Assembly: GCA_041651355.1 (NCBI GenBank)
Contig: JBAZJK010000001.1
Coordinates: 613,883 to 677,882, forward strand
Length of the DNA stretch: 64,000 bases
Direction: 5' to 3'
From: Patescibacteria group bacterium
Lineage (GTDB): Bacteria; Patescibacteriota; Patescibacteriia; Patescibacteriales; UBA12465
A program made the translations under genes and the position numbers. Below the pieces are notes generated by a model. That model was not told the origin of the DNA. It searched no databases and saw only the letters and a program-made list of their open reading frames with translations. This document shows positions 26,904 through 38,644 of the stretch, one piece after another (positions within the stretch are counted from its first letter, which is position 1; each line of letters begins with the position of its first letter).

Positions 26904-27746
26904 TTATAGGTGGATAAACAAGTATCCATTAATGCCACGGACTTCGTGGCAATAGGTCAGGACGAAAAGTCCGCCGCAATACTTATTCTTAAAGGACTTG
27001 ATTCCGCCCCATTCGCCTCTCACGAGGTCTTTCTTTACCAGATCATATCCAGTATCACTGACTACTGAGTAGCCATGTCCCAGATCAACCTGGAGAAAAT
27101 TGCTCACCAGATTGTCCTGGCGCCAGACAAAAACGTTAGAAACACGTCCGATGGTAGCAGTTAAGACCGTGCCCAGTTTCTTGTCGCCTTCATTATAGAA
27201 AGCGGAAGCAACGATCTTTTTGTATCCAATCTTGGCCTGGTATTCAGCCATTCCGTTTCTTTGGGCCACGCCGGCACCAATAGTCAGGTTATCATTAGCT
27301 TTATAGCTTGCCTTGGCACAAATTGCCATTCCGGGGATCTTGGACTCAGTCCAAGTCTCGAATTGACCACCAGCTGAAGTTGGCAGGGGACGCTGTTCGG
27401 TAACAAGGGTGCCCATATTCCCCAGGGAGATGGTGAGAGCCTTAGTCGGGTTGATAACCACGGAATACTGGTTCATGGCCCAGTCAGTCTTATTTGTCCT
27501 ATCGTAGACCGACATAGCCTTGATGGCAAAGAAAGAGGATGGGCGCCAGGTAGCCAGAGCGCCAACACGGAAGTTGGTGGTGTTAGTAGCAGACAAGCTA
27601 TCTACACTGAAAGAATTCCAACTGAGGGCTCCAGCATAGAGCTGGTTGATCGTAACCTCTTCGTCTACCTTGATATTTTCCATCTGGGCAAACAGGTTAG
27701 TAACGCTAATGAAAGCGAAAAGCGTGGCAACTGTGATTTTCTTCAT
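26904..27746 (-). CDS. Signal-peptide-bearing porin-like beta-barrel protein (putative)
   Basis: Signal peptide MKKITVATLFAFISVTNLFAQ. The remaining roughly 260 aa show an alternating polar/hydrophobic strand pattern rich in G, Y, W and N. It has its own terminator. Confidence 0.45.
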   Translation of the reverse strand: MKKITVATLFAFISVTNLFAQMENIKVDEEVTINQLYAGALSWNSFSVDSLSATNTTNFRVGALATWRPSSFFAIKAMSVYDRTNKTDWAMNQYSVVINPTKALTISLGNMGTLVTEQRPLPTSAGGQFETWTESKIPGMAICAKASYKANDNLTIGAGVAQRNGMAEYQAKIGYKKIVASAFYNEGDKKLGTVLTATIGRVSNVFVWRQDNLVSNFLQVDLGHGYSVVSDTGYDLVKKDLVRGEWGGIKSFKNKYCGGLFVLTYCHEVRGINGYLFIHL

Positions 27747-27905
27747 GTTCTGGGTTTTTGTGTTTTATTGATTTATTTTTATCTAATTTTCAAAGAATAG
27801 TACTATTATATCACACTTACACGCTTTTGTCAATATACAGGAAAAGTTATTTTTGTAGTACAATAAATAGGCTAAAAACAGAAAAAATTTAAACATTATA
27901 ATCAT

Positions 27906-28235
27906 ATGACTTTTAGAGAATACCAAGAGAACAGCCAAAAAACAGCCATCTACCCTAATAAAGGCAATAATTTTATCTACCCTACCCTGGGGCTATCCGG
28001 AGAAGCGGGCGAAGTAGCTGAGAAAGTAAAAAAAATAATCAGAGATAAAAATGGAGTGGTGGAAGAAATTGATAAAGAGGAAATAAAGAAAGAACTCGGG
28101 GATGTTTTGTGGTATGTTGCTCAAATTGCTTCTGAACTTAATCTCGACCTAGATTTGGTGGCTCAAACCAATCTTGATAAATTAATGTCCCGCTTAGAAA
28201 GGAATGTGATTGGCGGCAGCGGCGATAATAGATAA
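27906..28235 (+). CDS. MazG-like nucleoside triphosphate pyrophosphohydrolase
   Basis: FREYQ...GLSGEAGEVAEKVKK...ELGDVLWYVAQIA is the MazG EExxE/D motif arrangement. Confidence 0.8.
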   Translation: MTFREYQENSQKTAIYPNKGNNFIYPTLGLSGEAGEVAEKVKKIIRDKNGVVEEIDKEEIKKELGDVLWYVAQIASELNLDLDLVAQTNLDKLMSRLERNVIGGSGDNR

Positions 28236-28239
28236 GTAT

Positions 28240-29007
28240 ATGACTTACATCCAAAGCTTGGTTTTAGGAATAATTGAGGGCTTAACTGAATTCTTACCCA
28301 TATCTTCTACGGCACACCTCATGCTCGCCGGTGATTTCTTAAAAATCCCTAGTACAGAATTCCTTAAGAGCTTTAACATCTTCATCCAACTAGGCGCTAT
28401 CCTGGCCGTAGTCATCCTTTATTTTAAAAGAATCATCAGTAATTGGCCTTTAGTAAAAAAGATAGCCGTGGCTTTTATCCCGACTGCCATCATCGGTTTC
28501 GCTTTATACAAGGTAGTGAAAATCTATCTTCTGGGAAATAACTATATCGCCGCCACCGCCCTTTTGCTTGGCGGAGTTGTTTTAATCTGGTTCGAAAAAA
28601 AATTCTACACCAAAGACAAAGCACTAAGCTCTGACATCAGCTACAAACAAGCCTTTATCATCGGCTGTTGCCAGGCTTTGGCCATCATTCCCGGCGTCTC
28701 TCGAGCTGGCGCCACCATCGTTGGCGGCTTGGCGCAGAAGATCGAGAGGAAAACAATGGTAGAGTTCTCTTTTATGCTAGCCATCCCCACTATGGCCGCC
28801 GCGGTCGGTTTAGATTTAATAAAAAGCGCTTGGAATTTTTCTCGTCCGGAAATATCCCTGCTAGGCCTAGGCTTTACGGCAGCTTTTATCACCGCTATCC
28901 TCGGGGTAAAATTCTTCATTAAGTTTATCCAAAAAAATAATTTCATCTCCTTCGGCTGGTACCGAATAATCCTCAGCTTGATAGTTTTTGCCTGGTTAAT
29001 GCTGTAA
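28240..29007 (+). CDS. uppP: Undecaprenyl-diphosphate phosphatase
   Basis: GIIEGLTEFLPISSTAHL and PGVSRAGATI are BacA/UppP motifs. The ATG at 28240 avoids the overlap with mazG that the track ORF start at 28210 would create. Confidence 0.9.
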   Translation: MTYIQSLVLGIIEGLTEFLPISSTAHLMLAGDFLKIPSTEFLKSFNIFIQLGAILAVVILYFKRIISNWPLVKKIAVAFIPTAIIGFALYKVVKIYLLGNNYIAATALLLGGVVLIWFEKKFYTKDKALSSDISYKQAFIIGCCQALAIIPGVSRAGATIVGGLAQKIERKTMVEFSFMLAIPTMAAAVGLDLIKSAWNFSRPEISLLGLGFTAAFITAILGVKFFIKFIQKNNFISFGWYRIILSLIVFAWLML

Positions 29008-29025
29008 TAAGATATTTCCTATTTT

Positions 29026-29049
29026 AAAAACCCCTTTTTGAGGGGTTTT
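29026..29049. terminator. Bidirectional intrinsic terminator
   Basis: aaacccct-ttttg-aggggttt, with flanking A and T runs, between convergent genes. Confidence 0.7.
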
Positions 29050-29075
29050 ATAGTATCAAGAAAAAGACTCCTAGG

Positions 29076-29897
29076 CTAATTATTTTCTGGATCTCCGGGC
29101 CTAACGAAACCTTTAACTTGGACGCGGTCACCGAATTTCTGCACTGCTTCGCGTGCTAGCTTTTCCCATTCCGCTAAATCAGCATAATCATTGGCGGCGA
29201 CAAAGATATAAAAAGGATGAGCCTGGTCAAAACGAGAACCAAAGCCATGGTCACCCAAAGCGATTCCGCTTAAAGTTTCCAATTCTGCCTTCATATATTC
29301 CGGACTGAACCCTAAACCGGCGCCAGTCGAAACAAAATGAGGCACCATGCCTTTTAAACTAGAAGAATCAAAACGTCCGCTTTGATCAAGAATTATGGCT
29401 CGCTCGTTATGGTTTTCGCTGGCCATCTCTTCCCGATTTAAAAATTCATACTCAGCCCCTAACTCTTCAGCTAACCTCTGCGCACAATAGACGCCGTAAT
29501 CATCAGGACTACCTATGGTCGACGGGATCTCTTCCGGAGACAGGCTTCTCAGTTCGGAAAATTTCTTCGCCGCAGCACCACAATCAGCATGAGCGGTCAC
29601 TTTTTTTATCTTGCCTTTATAAAGAGCGATGAATTTAGCCCTCTCTTCTTTCGGCAACAAGAGTCCTGAGCCCGCGATTCCGATCTTGCGTCCATCAAGC
29701 ACCCGGCCGTCAGAACAGTCGATGGTATCTAGAGCTTCAGCGAAACTTTCAGAGAATCCCGGCAAGGATTCTAAAATTTTCTGGAGTTCTTCGCCCGCAG
29801 ACAAGCGTTTAATGATTTCATTCTGGCTAGTTTCCGCCCAGCTGCGTTCAATCGAAACGCTGTCATGTTCGATCTGTTTGTCAATTCTCTGTTCCAT
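29076..29897 (-). CDS. Hypothetical cytoplasmic protein with beta-carbonic-anhydrase-like Cys/Asp/Arg...His/Cys motif pair
   Basis: IDCSDGRV (C61-x-D-x-R) and TAHADCGAA (H103-x-x-C106). No other family features recognised. Confidence 0.35.
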   Translation of the reverse strand: MEQRIDKQIEHDSVSIERSWAETSQNEIIKRLSAGEELQKILESLPGFSESFAEALDTIDCSDGRVLDGRKIGIAGSGLLLPKEERAKFIALYKGKIKKVTAHADCGAAAKKFSELRSLSPEEIPSTIGSPDDYGVYCAQRLAEELGAEYEFLNREEMASENHNERAIILDQSGRFDSSSLKGMVPHFVSTGAGLGFSPEYMKAELETLSGIALGDHGFGSRFDQAHPFYIFVAANDYADLAEWEKLAREAVQKFGDRVQVKGFVRPGDPENN

Positions 29898-29938
29898 AGT
29901 CTTGTTTTTATTTTTTACTGGCTAAATATTAATTTAAT

Positions 29939-30376
29939 TTATTTAGAACTAGGTCGTAATTTTCGCCATTTATTCAGAGCTCTCTCTCGAGCTAATTCTT
30001 TTTCAATCCGAGCGGATAAATCGGTAAACTCGACATCTTCTTTGAATTTAGCGTTTTTCTTATTATCCTCGGCTTGCTGTCGGGCCAAGTTGATTCTTTC
30101 TTCATCTAAATCCTCGGCTCTCTCGGCGGTATCGGCTAAAATAACGATTTTATCTTTTAAGACTTCAATAAATCCTCCGGAAACCGACATGATCTCAATC
30201 GCCCCATCTTCTTTCTTTACCTCTAAGACCCCCGGCTTTAAGATGGAAACCAAGGGAATATGATCCGGCAAAATCGTTATCTCTCCGCTAGCCGTCGGAA
30301 CGGTAGCTTGAAGGATGGCTTCCTTTAAAACCACTTTTTCCGGGGTCACGATTTCAAATCTTATAGTCTTAGACAT
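29939..30376 (-). CDS. atpC: ATP synthase F1 epsilon subunit
   Basis: MSKTIRFEIVTPEKVV...ILPDHIPLVS is the epsilon pattern. The ATG at 30376 lies just after the atpD stop. The track ORF start at 30415 would overlap atpD. Confidence 0.85.
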   Translation of the reverse strand: MSKTIRFEIVTPEKVVLKEAILQATVPTASGEITILPDHIPLVSILKPGVLEVKKEDGAIEIMSVSGGFIEVLKDKIVILADTAERAEDLDEERINLARQQAEDNKKNAKFKEDVEFTDLSARIEKELARERALNKWRKLRPSSK

Positions 30377-30383
30377 AGGAGCT

Positions 30384-32329
<1,946 letters not shown>

Positions 32330-32331
32330 AT

Positions 32332-33282
32332 TTATTCCGCCAAAGCATTCGCCCCGGCTGAAATTTCGGCAATCTCATTAGTAATACCGGCCTGACGGGC
32401 CTTATTATAGAACAGGGTTAGCTCTTTAGACATATCTTCGGCTGCTTCAGTCGCTTGGTGCATGGCGCTCATCCGAGCGCTATGTTCCGAAGCATTAGCT
32501 TCTAAAAAAGCCTGATACAGCTGGACTTCAATCAAGCGCGGAATCATCTTATCTAAAACCTCTCGAGGCCCGGGTTCAAAAGTATACTCATATGAATAAT
32601 CTCCACCGCTTAGATGCTTCTTGTTTTTAGCGGCAATCATTTCTGGACTGGCCCCGACATTTGATTCTGAACTGACGATGCCTAAATATTGCTCAGTCTT
32701 TTCCGTTTCAATCGGCAATAACTGCTTGACACGAGCCACTTGCTTGGCCGGATTGATAAAATCAGTGTAGGCAACAAGAATCTTATCATATTTTTTATGA
32801 GCGTAATCGCTTAAAACCATTTTGACAATTGGATAGATCTCACTGGCATCTTTCAATAGTTCACTTTTTTCAAATTCAGCCGCGACCGTAAAATTCTGAG
32901 CATAAACCGCCTGACCGCGCTTGCCGGCTAAAATGAAATCCGTGGGGATAGGATGTTTAGTAATTGACTCTTTAGCTTTGTTGATCACCGCTGCGTTGTA
33001 ACCGCCGCATAAGCCGCGATTAGCCGTAATCAGGATGATCGCTACTTTATTAATATTCTTTCTGGGCTTTAACAAAGGATGGATTGATTCATTGCGGCTC
33101 TTAGCGATGTTGGCCAAATTCAAAACCGTCTCCCAGCTTAAATTAGCATAAGTACGAGTCTTTAAAACAGCCTCGATAGCTTTACGCATCTTAGCAGCAG
33201 CAACCATTTCCATGGCTTTGGTAATCTTCTTGGTATTGCCAATGGATTTAAGGCGGCGGGAAATTTCCTTGGTTTTAGCCAT
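32332..33282 (-). CDS. atpG: ATP synthase F1 gamma subunit
   Basis: EISRRLKSIGNTKKITKAMEMVAAAKMRKA...ELTLFYNKARQAGITNEI is the gamma signature. Confidence 0.95.
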   Translation of the reverse strand: MAKTKEISRRLKSIGNTKKITKAMEMVAAAKMRKAIEAVLKTRTYANLSWETVLNLANIAKSRNESIHPLLKPRKNINKVAIILITANRGLCGGYNAAVINKAKESITKHPIPTDFILAGKRGQAVYAQNFTVAAEFEKSELLKDASEIYPIVKMVLSDYAHKKYDKILVAYTDFINPAKQVARVKQLLPIETEKTEQYLGIVSSESNVGASPEMIAAKNKKHLSGGDYSYEYTFEPGPREVLDKMIPRLIEVQLYQAFLEANASEHSARMSAMHQATEAAEDMSKELTLFYNKARQAGITNEIAEISAGANALAE

Positions 33283-33291
33283 AGTAAAAAA

Positions 33292-34812
33292 TTAAAGCAA
33301 ATAATCAAGCGTGGCCTTGTAATCTTCGACCAAAGATTTAATCTTATCTTCAATCTCTTGGTCCAACTCTTTCTTTTGATTAATCAATTTCAAAACTCCA
33401 TCATTCAAATCAGCAAATTGATATAAGCCGGCTTCGAATTCTCTCACCTTGTCTACCGGGACATTATCCATCAAGCCGTTAATCAGGGAATAATAGATAA
33501 TAACCTGCTTAGCCACTTCCAAGGGTTGATACTGGTCCTGTTTGAATATTTCATACAAACGCTTGCCTCTCTCTAATTTTTTCTTGGTATCTTCATCCAA
33601 ATCGGAACCAAATTGAGCGAAGGCAGCGAGCTCGCGATATTGAGCCGCCTCTAAACGCATCTTGCCGGCCACCTTTTTCATGGCTTTGATCTGGGCGCTG
33701 GAGCCGACACGAGAAACGGATAAACCAGCATTTACGGCCGGACGGTTGCCTTGATAGAAAAGATCGCCTTCCAAGAAAATCTGACCATCGGTAATAGAAA
33801 TAACATTGGTTGGAATATAAGCAGAGACGTCGCCAGCCTGGGTCTCAATAATTGGTAGAGCGGTAATCGAACCGCCGCCGTAATCCTTATTCAATTTACA
33901 AGCGCGTTCTAATAAACGGGAATGGAGATAGAAAACATCACCCGGGTAGGCCTCACGGCCTGGAGGGCGGCGGAGCAACAGAGATATTTCGCGATAGGCC
34001 ACGGCGTGCTTGGATAAATCATCATAAATGATTAAAACATCTTCACCTTTATCTAAGAAATATTCAGCCATCGCGCAACCAGCATAAGGGGCGATATATA
34101 ATAAGGAGGCGGAATTAGAAGCGCCGGCTAAAACGATGGTCGTATACTCCATCGCTCCGGTCTCAGTCAGTTTAGAAACGATGTTAGCTATTTTTGATTC
34201 CTTCTGACCGATGGCGACATAAATACATTTCATATTCTGCCCTTTCTGATTGATAATCGTATCGATGGCAATGGCTGTCTTGCCTAATTGGCGATCACCG
34301 ATAATGAGTTCGCGCTGACCGCGACCGATTGGAATCATGGCGTCAATCGATTTGATGCCGGTTTGCACCGGCTCTTTAACTGAGGCGCGGGTAATAACAC
34401 CGGGGGCAATTTTTTCTACCGGATAAAACTTATCAGTATCGACTTTGCCCTTGCCATCTAAAGGCTCGCCTAAAGGATTTAAAACCCGGCCAATAACCGC
34501 CTCGCCTACCGGTACTTCCAAGATCCTTTTAGTACAAAGTACTTCATCGCCTTCTTTAATAAGGGAATATTCACCCAAAATAATAGCTCCGACTAAATTT
34601 TCTTCTAAGTTAAGAGCAACCCCAGTTACCTCTCTCTCGGCGGTTTTAAAGATCAGAATTTCACTCATCATTGCCTCGGACAAACCAGAAATTAAAGCGA
34701 TGCCGTCAGAGATCTTCAAAACTCTTCCGACACTTTTTTCTTTAATATCAGCCTTAAAATCTGCTATCTGAGATTTTATCTGCTCGACAATGAAATCTTT
34801 TGTACTTGACAT
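33292..34812 (-). CDS. atpA: ATP synthase F1 alpha subunit
   Basis: [15 protein letters not shown] Walker A, plus [20 protein letters not shown]. Confidence 0.97.
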   Translation of the reverse strand: MSSTKDFIVEQIKSQIADFKADIKEKSVGRVLKISDGIALISGLSEAMMSEILIFKTAEREVTGVALNLEENLVGAIILGEYSLIKEGDEVLCTKRILEVPVGEAVIGRVLNPLGEPLDGKGKVDTDKFYPVEKIAPGVITRASVKEPVQTGIKSIDAMIPIGRGQRELIIGDRQLGKTAIAIDTIINQKGQNMKCIYVAIGQKESKIANIVSKLTETGAMEYTTIVLAGASNSASLLYIAPYAGCAMAEYFLDKGEDVLIIYDDLSKHAVAYREISLLLRRPPGREAYPGDVFYLHSRLLERACKLNKDYGGGSITALPIIETQAGDVSAYIPTNVISITDGQIFLEGDLFYQGNRPAVNAGLSVSRVGSSAQIKAMKKVAGKMRLEAAQYRELAAFAQFGSDLDEDTKKKLERGKRLYEIFKQDQYQPLEVAKQVIIYYSLINGLMDNVPVDKVREFEAGLYQFADLNDGVLKLINQKKELDQEIEDKIKSLVEDYKATLDYLL

Positions 34813-34888
34813 ATTATTTTAATTATTTTAATATTTGATTTTAATATCGATCCTTAAAAAACTTATCTCTCACCCTAATTCTATCAAC

Positions 34889-35110
34889 ATGAAAAATTCT
34901 AACATCTTTTTGATTTTGGCCGTCAGCTTCCTTGCCTTTGCTGTCGTGATAGGCATATTCGTAGGTAATCCCTATTCGAATGATCAAATCGCTAAAACGT
35001 TAAACTTCTCTTTAATAAAGGGTTTTATCATAATAGCGATGTTTATGGTTTCGCTAACTCTTCTCATCATTAGTGTTATTGAATCAAAAAAAGAAGAAGA
35101 GAAAGAATAA
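34889..35110 (+). CDS. Small two-TM membrane protein, antisense to the atp operon between atpA and atpH
   Basis: MKNSNIFLILAVSFLAFAVVIGIF...GFIIIAMFMVSLTLLIISVI followed by a KKEEEKE tail. Its own terminator follows. The track ORF starts at a TTG at 34835. Confidence 0.4.
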   Translation: MKNSNIFLILAVSFLAFAVVIGIFVGNPYSNDQIAKTLNFSLIKGFIIIAMFMVSLTLLIISVIESKKEEEKE

Positions 35111-35142
35111 AAGAAAAAGGAAATGCCTCCCCGCGCCATTCC

Positions 35143-35167
35143 AACCCTCTTCCCCGAGGGTTTTTTA
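35143..35167 (+). terminator. Intrinsic terminator of the small + strand gene
   Basis: aaccctc-ttcccc-gagggtt followed by TTTTT. It has no T-run when read on the minus strand. Confidence 0.6.
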
Positions 35168-35174
35168 TAAGAAC

Positions 35175-35576
35175 TTATTTTTCCATCCTGACTTTCAAAT
35201 TCTCTAAATTGCTTCTCAGGCTGCCATCGATAATCTTGCCTTCATACCTTAAGATAAAGCCGCCCAAAATCTTCTTATCTACCTTTTCTTCCAGCACTAT
35301 CTTCTCAGAACCGGTCTTATCTTTTAAATAATCCATAACCATTTTCTTCGCTTCTCGTCCTAAATCCCGAGCGCTGGTAATTTCCGCTTTTAGCTCGCCT
35401 TCAGCCTGCTCCCATATTCTGGTTAATTCCTTGATAATTTCTCCAGCTTTGTTCAAATCCCGATTCTTAGACAAAAGCTGGACAAAATTAGAAATCGTTT
35501 CCTTGTTAGCGGCTGCGTTCTTCCCGGCAACTAATTCATATAACGCGGCCGCATACTGCTTGGAGCTGGTTTTCAT
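35175..35576 (-). CDS. atpH: ATP synthase F1 delta subunit (OSCP), short form
   Basis: SKQYAAALYELV at the N-terminus and GGFILRYEGKIIDGSLRSNLENL at the C-terminus. Position is between atpF and atpA. Confidence 0.8.
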   Translation of the reverse strand: MKTSSKQYAAALYELVAGKNAAANKETISNFVQLLSKNRDLNKAGEIIKELTRIWEQAEGELKAEITSARDLGREAKKMVMDYLKDKTGSEKIVLEEKVDKKILGGFILRYEGKIIDGSLRSNLENLKVRMEK

Positions 35577-35577
35577 A

Positions 35578-36066
35578 TTATTTTACTAATTTTTTAATCA
35601 GGTCAGCATCTTTGGGGCTGTCCATCTTCTCGTTCAATAGTTTTTCTACGGTCATAACCACTAAGTCGGCCACTTCTTTTTTAATCTCTTTCAAGGTTTC
35701 CGCCTTCTCGTTTAAAATCTTAGCCTTTTCAGTATTAATAATCTGTCCAATTTCTTCTTTGGCTTTAACAATCATCTCATTCTTCTTTTCTTCCCCTCTC
35801 TTACCGGCCTCTTCGATGATAATGCCTGATTGTTTTTTGGCTTCATGGATGATTTCTTTCTGCTTGTCATCAGCTTCTTTCAATTTACGTTCAATCTCCT
35901 TGGCATCACTTAAACTCTTCTCAATCTTGGCGCTTCGTTCTCCCATCATCTTAATGATCGGCTTAAAAGCGAAAAAATATAAGACAGCAAAAACGATCCC
36001 AAAGTTAAGGGTTTGGGCGAGTAATAATTTAATATCGACGTGAAAGGTGGAAATTAATGATTCCAT
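35578..36066 (-). CDS. atpF: ATP synthase Fo subunit b
   Basis: N-terminal TM (LNFGIVFAVLYFFAFKPI) followed by a long charged helix. Operon position supports the call. Confidence 0.85.
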   Translation of the reverse strand: MESLISTFHVDIKLLLAQTLNFGIVFAVLYFFAFKPIIKMMGERSAKIEKSLSDAKEIERKLKEADDKQKEIIHEAKKQSGIIIEEAGKRGEEKKNEMIVKAKEEIGQIINTEKAKILNEKAETLKEIKKEVADLVVMTVEKLLNEKMDSPKDADLIKKLVK

Positions 36067-36123
36067 ATGTTTGCTTAAATAATAAACTAACCTCCGCCCC
36101 CTAAGGGGCGTCTCGTTAAACTA

Positions 36124-36369
<246 letters not shown>

Positions 36370-36397
36370 TTACGTTCCAGCCGACTCTTTAATTTAA

Positions 36398-37258
36398 TTA
36401 ATGTTCTTCTTTTGTCGAATTAATAGTTAAATATGTCAAAATCAACATCATAAAGATAAGGGCCTGAATCAAGCCGACAATGACTTCTAAAAACATAAAA
36501 GGAATCGGGATGCCCCAGGCGAGAATCGCGGCCATCGAAGCTAATAGTACTTCGCCGGCAAAAATATTACCGAATAAACGGAAGGAAAGGCTAGCCACCT
36601 TAGCTAATTCGCCGATGATTTCAATTAAACCGACAAAAGCCTTAATCGGATTAACTAGCAGGACAGTCGGATCTTTTAATACTTTCTTGGGTATCTCTAA
36701 AAAAGCTTTGATATTGATAAATTTATTCAAATAATACCACCAGCCAGTAGCGATAACGCCGATGATATGACTGGCAACAACGCCGATGATAGCTAAAGCT
36801 AAAGTGGTATTTAAATCGGCTGTCCCGCCTCGAAAATAAGGGATAAAGGTTTCGTGGCCGTTCTCTAGAACTACTTGGCCAATAGAGCCGATACCAGGTA
36901 ATATCCCTAACCAATTATTCAAAAGGATAAAAAAGAAAAAAGTTAGGGCCAGAGGGGCAAACATTAATGATTTCTTGCGGGAATTAGTCACCCCGTCAAA
37001 CATATTTAAAAAACCTTCAAAAATTATTTCTAAACCGTTCTGCAAACCTCGGGGCACTAGCCTGATTTTTCTCCTTACTAAAATACCAAAGATGATGACG
37101 ACTAATAAAACTAACCAGGAGTTAAGCAAAGAATTGGTAATGGGGAAATTACCGACATGAGCAATCGGCTCAGCGTATAAAGTATGCTCATGACCAGTCT
37201 CGCTGGTCGTTTCCTGGTTGATATTAGTATTCTCGTTTTGTTCAGAAACTGAGGACAT
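36398..37258 (-). CDS. atpB: ATP synthase Fo subunit a
   Basis: Polytopic protein. LSFRLFGNIFAGEVLL contains the conserved Arg of subunit a. Confidence 0.9.
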   Translation of the reverse strand: MSSVSEQNENTNINQETTSETGHEHTLYAEPIAHVGNFPITNSLLNSWLVLLVVIIFGILVRRKIRLVPRGLQNGLEIIFEGFLNMFDGVTNSRKKSLMFAPLALTFFFFILLNNWLGILPGIGSIGQVVLENGHETFIPYFRGGTADLNTTLALAIIGVVASHIIGVIATGWWYYLNKFINIKAFLEIPKKVLKDPTVLLVNPIKAFVGLIEIIGELAKVASLSFRLFGNIFAGEVLLASMAAILAWGIPIPFMFLEVIVGLIQALIFMMLILTYLTINSTKEEH

Positions 37259-37260
37259 AG

Positions 37261-37563
37261 TTAATTTTGTTCTTTATAATTATCATCTGATGTTTTTTCT
37301 GCCCGCTGGTCCAGTTTGCTTTTATATTCTTCATCGATCTTCTTAAATTCCTTAAGGGCCTTGGTAATCAAACCGTACATTGAGACCAAGAAACAAAAAC
37401 CCAGCACGCTTAAAAATAGCCAGGGTTCGGTCCCGTATCTTCGGTCAAGCCATCTCCCTAAAAAAGTGCCGATTAAAACGGGAAAGGCTATCCAATAGGA
37501 TAGGTTGATAAAAATCTTAAGGGCGTGAGACCAATCGTTCTTAGGATTATTGCTAGCAGGCAT
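37261..37563 (-). CDS. AtpZ/AtpI-like small membrane protein at the head of the atp operon
   Basis: Two TM helices with FLGRWLDRRYGTEPW between them (the pattern of the putative F0F1-ATPase subunit family). Confidence 0.6.
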   Translation of the reverse strand: MPASNNPKNDWSHALKIFINLSYWIAFPVLIGTFLGRWLDRRYGTEPWLFLSVLGFCFLVSMYGLITKALKEFKKIDEEYKSKLDQRAEKTSDDNYKEQN

Positions 37564-37671
37564 AAATTCCTATCAAAATAAAAAAGGCGCGTTTGTCCTT
37601 GTTTATTTTTACCAAAATATTGAAATAAACCCTACCTTTTTTATATCGCAAACACGGAAATAAGTCAATGA

Positions 37672-38535
37672 TTACAGCCTAAAAAGCGCCCTAGCGTTAG
37701 CGAAGGTCTTATCAGCCACCCTCTCTATCGGCAAACCCTTAATGTCAGCGATCCTTTTAGCCACATATTGGACAAAAAGTGGCTCATTTCTCTTTCCCCG
37801 GAAAGGCTCGGGCGTCATATACGGGGCATCAGTTTCGATCATTATCCTATCCAAAGGGGTTTTCCTGATTAAATCATCCCATTGCTGGCTAAAAGTTACC
37901 AAGCCGGTAAAGGATATCATTAGGCCTAGGTTGAAGTACTTCCAGGCTAAATCTTCATCTCCAGAGAAGCAATGAATCACTCCCCAAGGGCGGTCGCTGG
38001 GCAGAGACCTGCTATATTCTTTTTTAAAATCTGTCAAGATAGCTAAAAGATCGTCATGAGCCTGACGGCAATGGATGATTACTGGCAAATCGAGGTTCTG
38101 AGCCAATAATAATTGCTGGACAAACACCTGCTGTTGTTTATGCTTGATGGCCGGCAAATCGCCGCTAGGATCCAAGTGATAATAATCTAATCCTATCTCC
38201 CCAATAGCCACGGCTTTTTCAAATTTCGCCAATTTCTCATAATTATCATAATTAAACTCTTCGGCCCGAGCGATAAAATTATATTCCCCCTCACCGTTCT
38301 CGTCATCATTTTCCACCCTCATATCCTCTAAATGGATAGGGTGCAGGCCGACGGCCGCATAGACCCCCCGCTGATACTTATTAGCATAACTCAAAGCTCG
38401 GTTAGAAGTCTTATACTCGGAACCGACCAAGATCATCCAAGTATTATTATCCAAAGCGCGATGGATCACTTCATCAGCGTCATCTTTAAAAGCGGCGAAA
38501 TTCAAATGGCAATGGGTATCGATTAACATAAGCAA
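37672..38535 (-). CDS. tatD: TatD-family metal-dependent hydrolase/DNase
   Basis: LIDTHCHLNF...GEIGLDY...VIIHCR...ETDAPYMTP are TatD motifs. Confidence 0.9.
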   Translation of the reverse strand: MLMLIDTHCHLNFAAFKDDADEVIHRALDNNTWMILVGSEYKTSNRALSYANKYQRGVYAAVGLHPIHLEDMRVENDDENGEGEYNFIARAEEFNYDNYEKLAKFEKAVAIGEIGLDYYHLDPSGDLPAIKHKQQQVFVQQLLLAQNLDLPVIIHCRQAHDDLLAILTDFKKEYSRSLPSDRPWGVIHCFSGDEDLAWKYFNLGLMISFTGLVTFSQQWDDLIRKTPLDRIMIETDAPYMTPEPFRGKRNEPLFVQYVAKRIADIKGLPIERVADKTFANARALFRL

Positions 38536-38606
38536 AAAATATTCTTCTTAAAAAACAATCTAATTTTAACATATAGAACCCACCCGTCAACCAGGGAAAA
38601 ATAAAA

Positions 38607-38627
38607 TCCGCTTTAGGAAAAAGCGGA
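38607..38627 (-). terminator. dnaJ intrinsic terminator
   Basis: tccgcttt-aggaa-aaagcgga. The minus-strand reading is followed by TTTTATTTTT. Confidence 0.7.
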
Positions 38628-38644
38628 ATTTAATATCAATAAAA

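Noticed and set aside
28210-28239. Upstream start of the uppP track ORF (MAAAAIIDKY...)
   Set aside because: It would overlap the mazG 3' end by 26 nt. The conserved UppP N-terminus begins at the ATG at 28240.
35612-36043. 143-aa + strand ORF
   Set aside because: It is antisense to atpF. Its Ser/Leu/Phe-rich composition is typical of the reverse frame of a Lys/Glu-rich gene.
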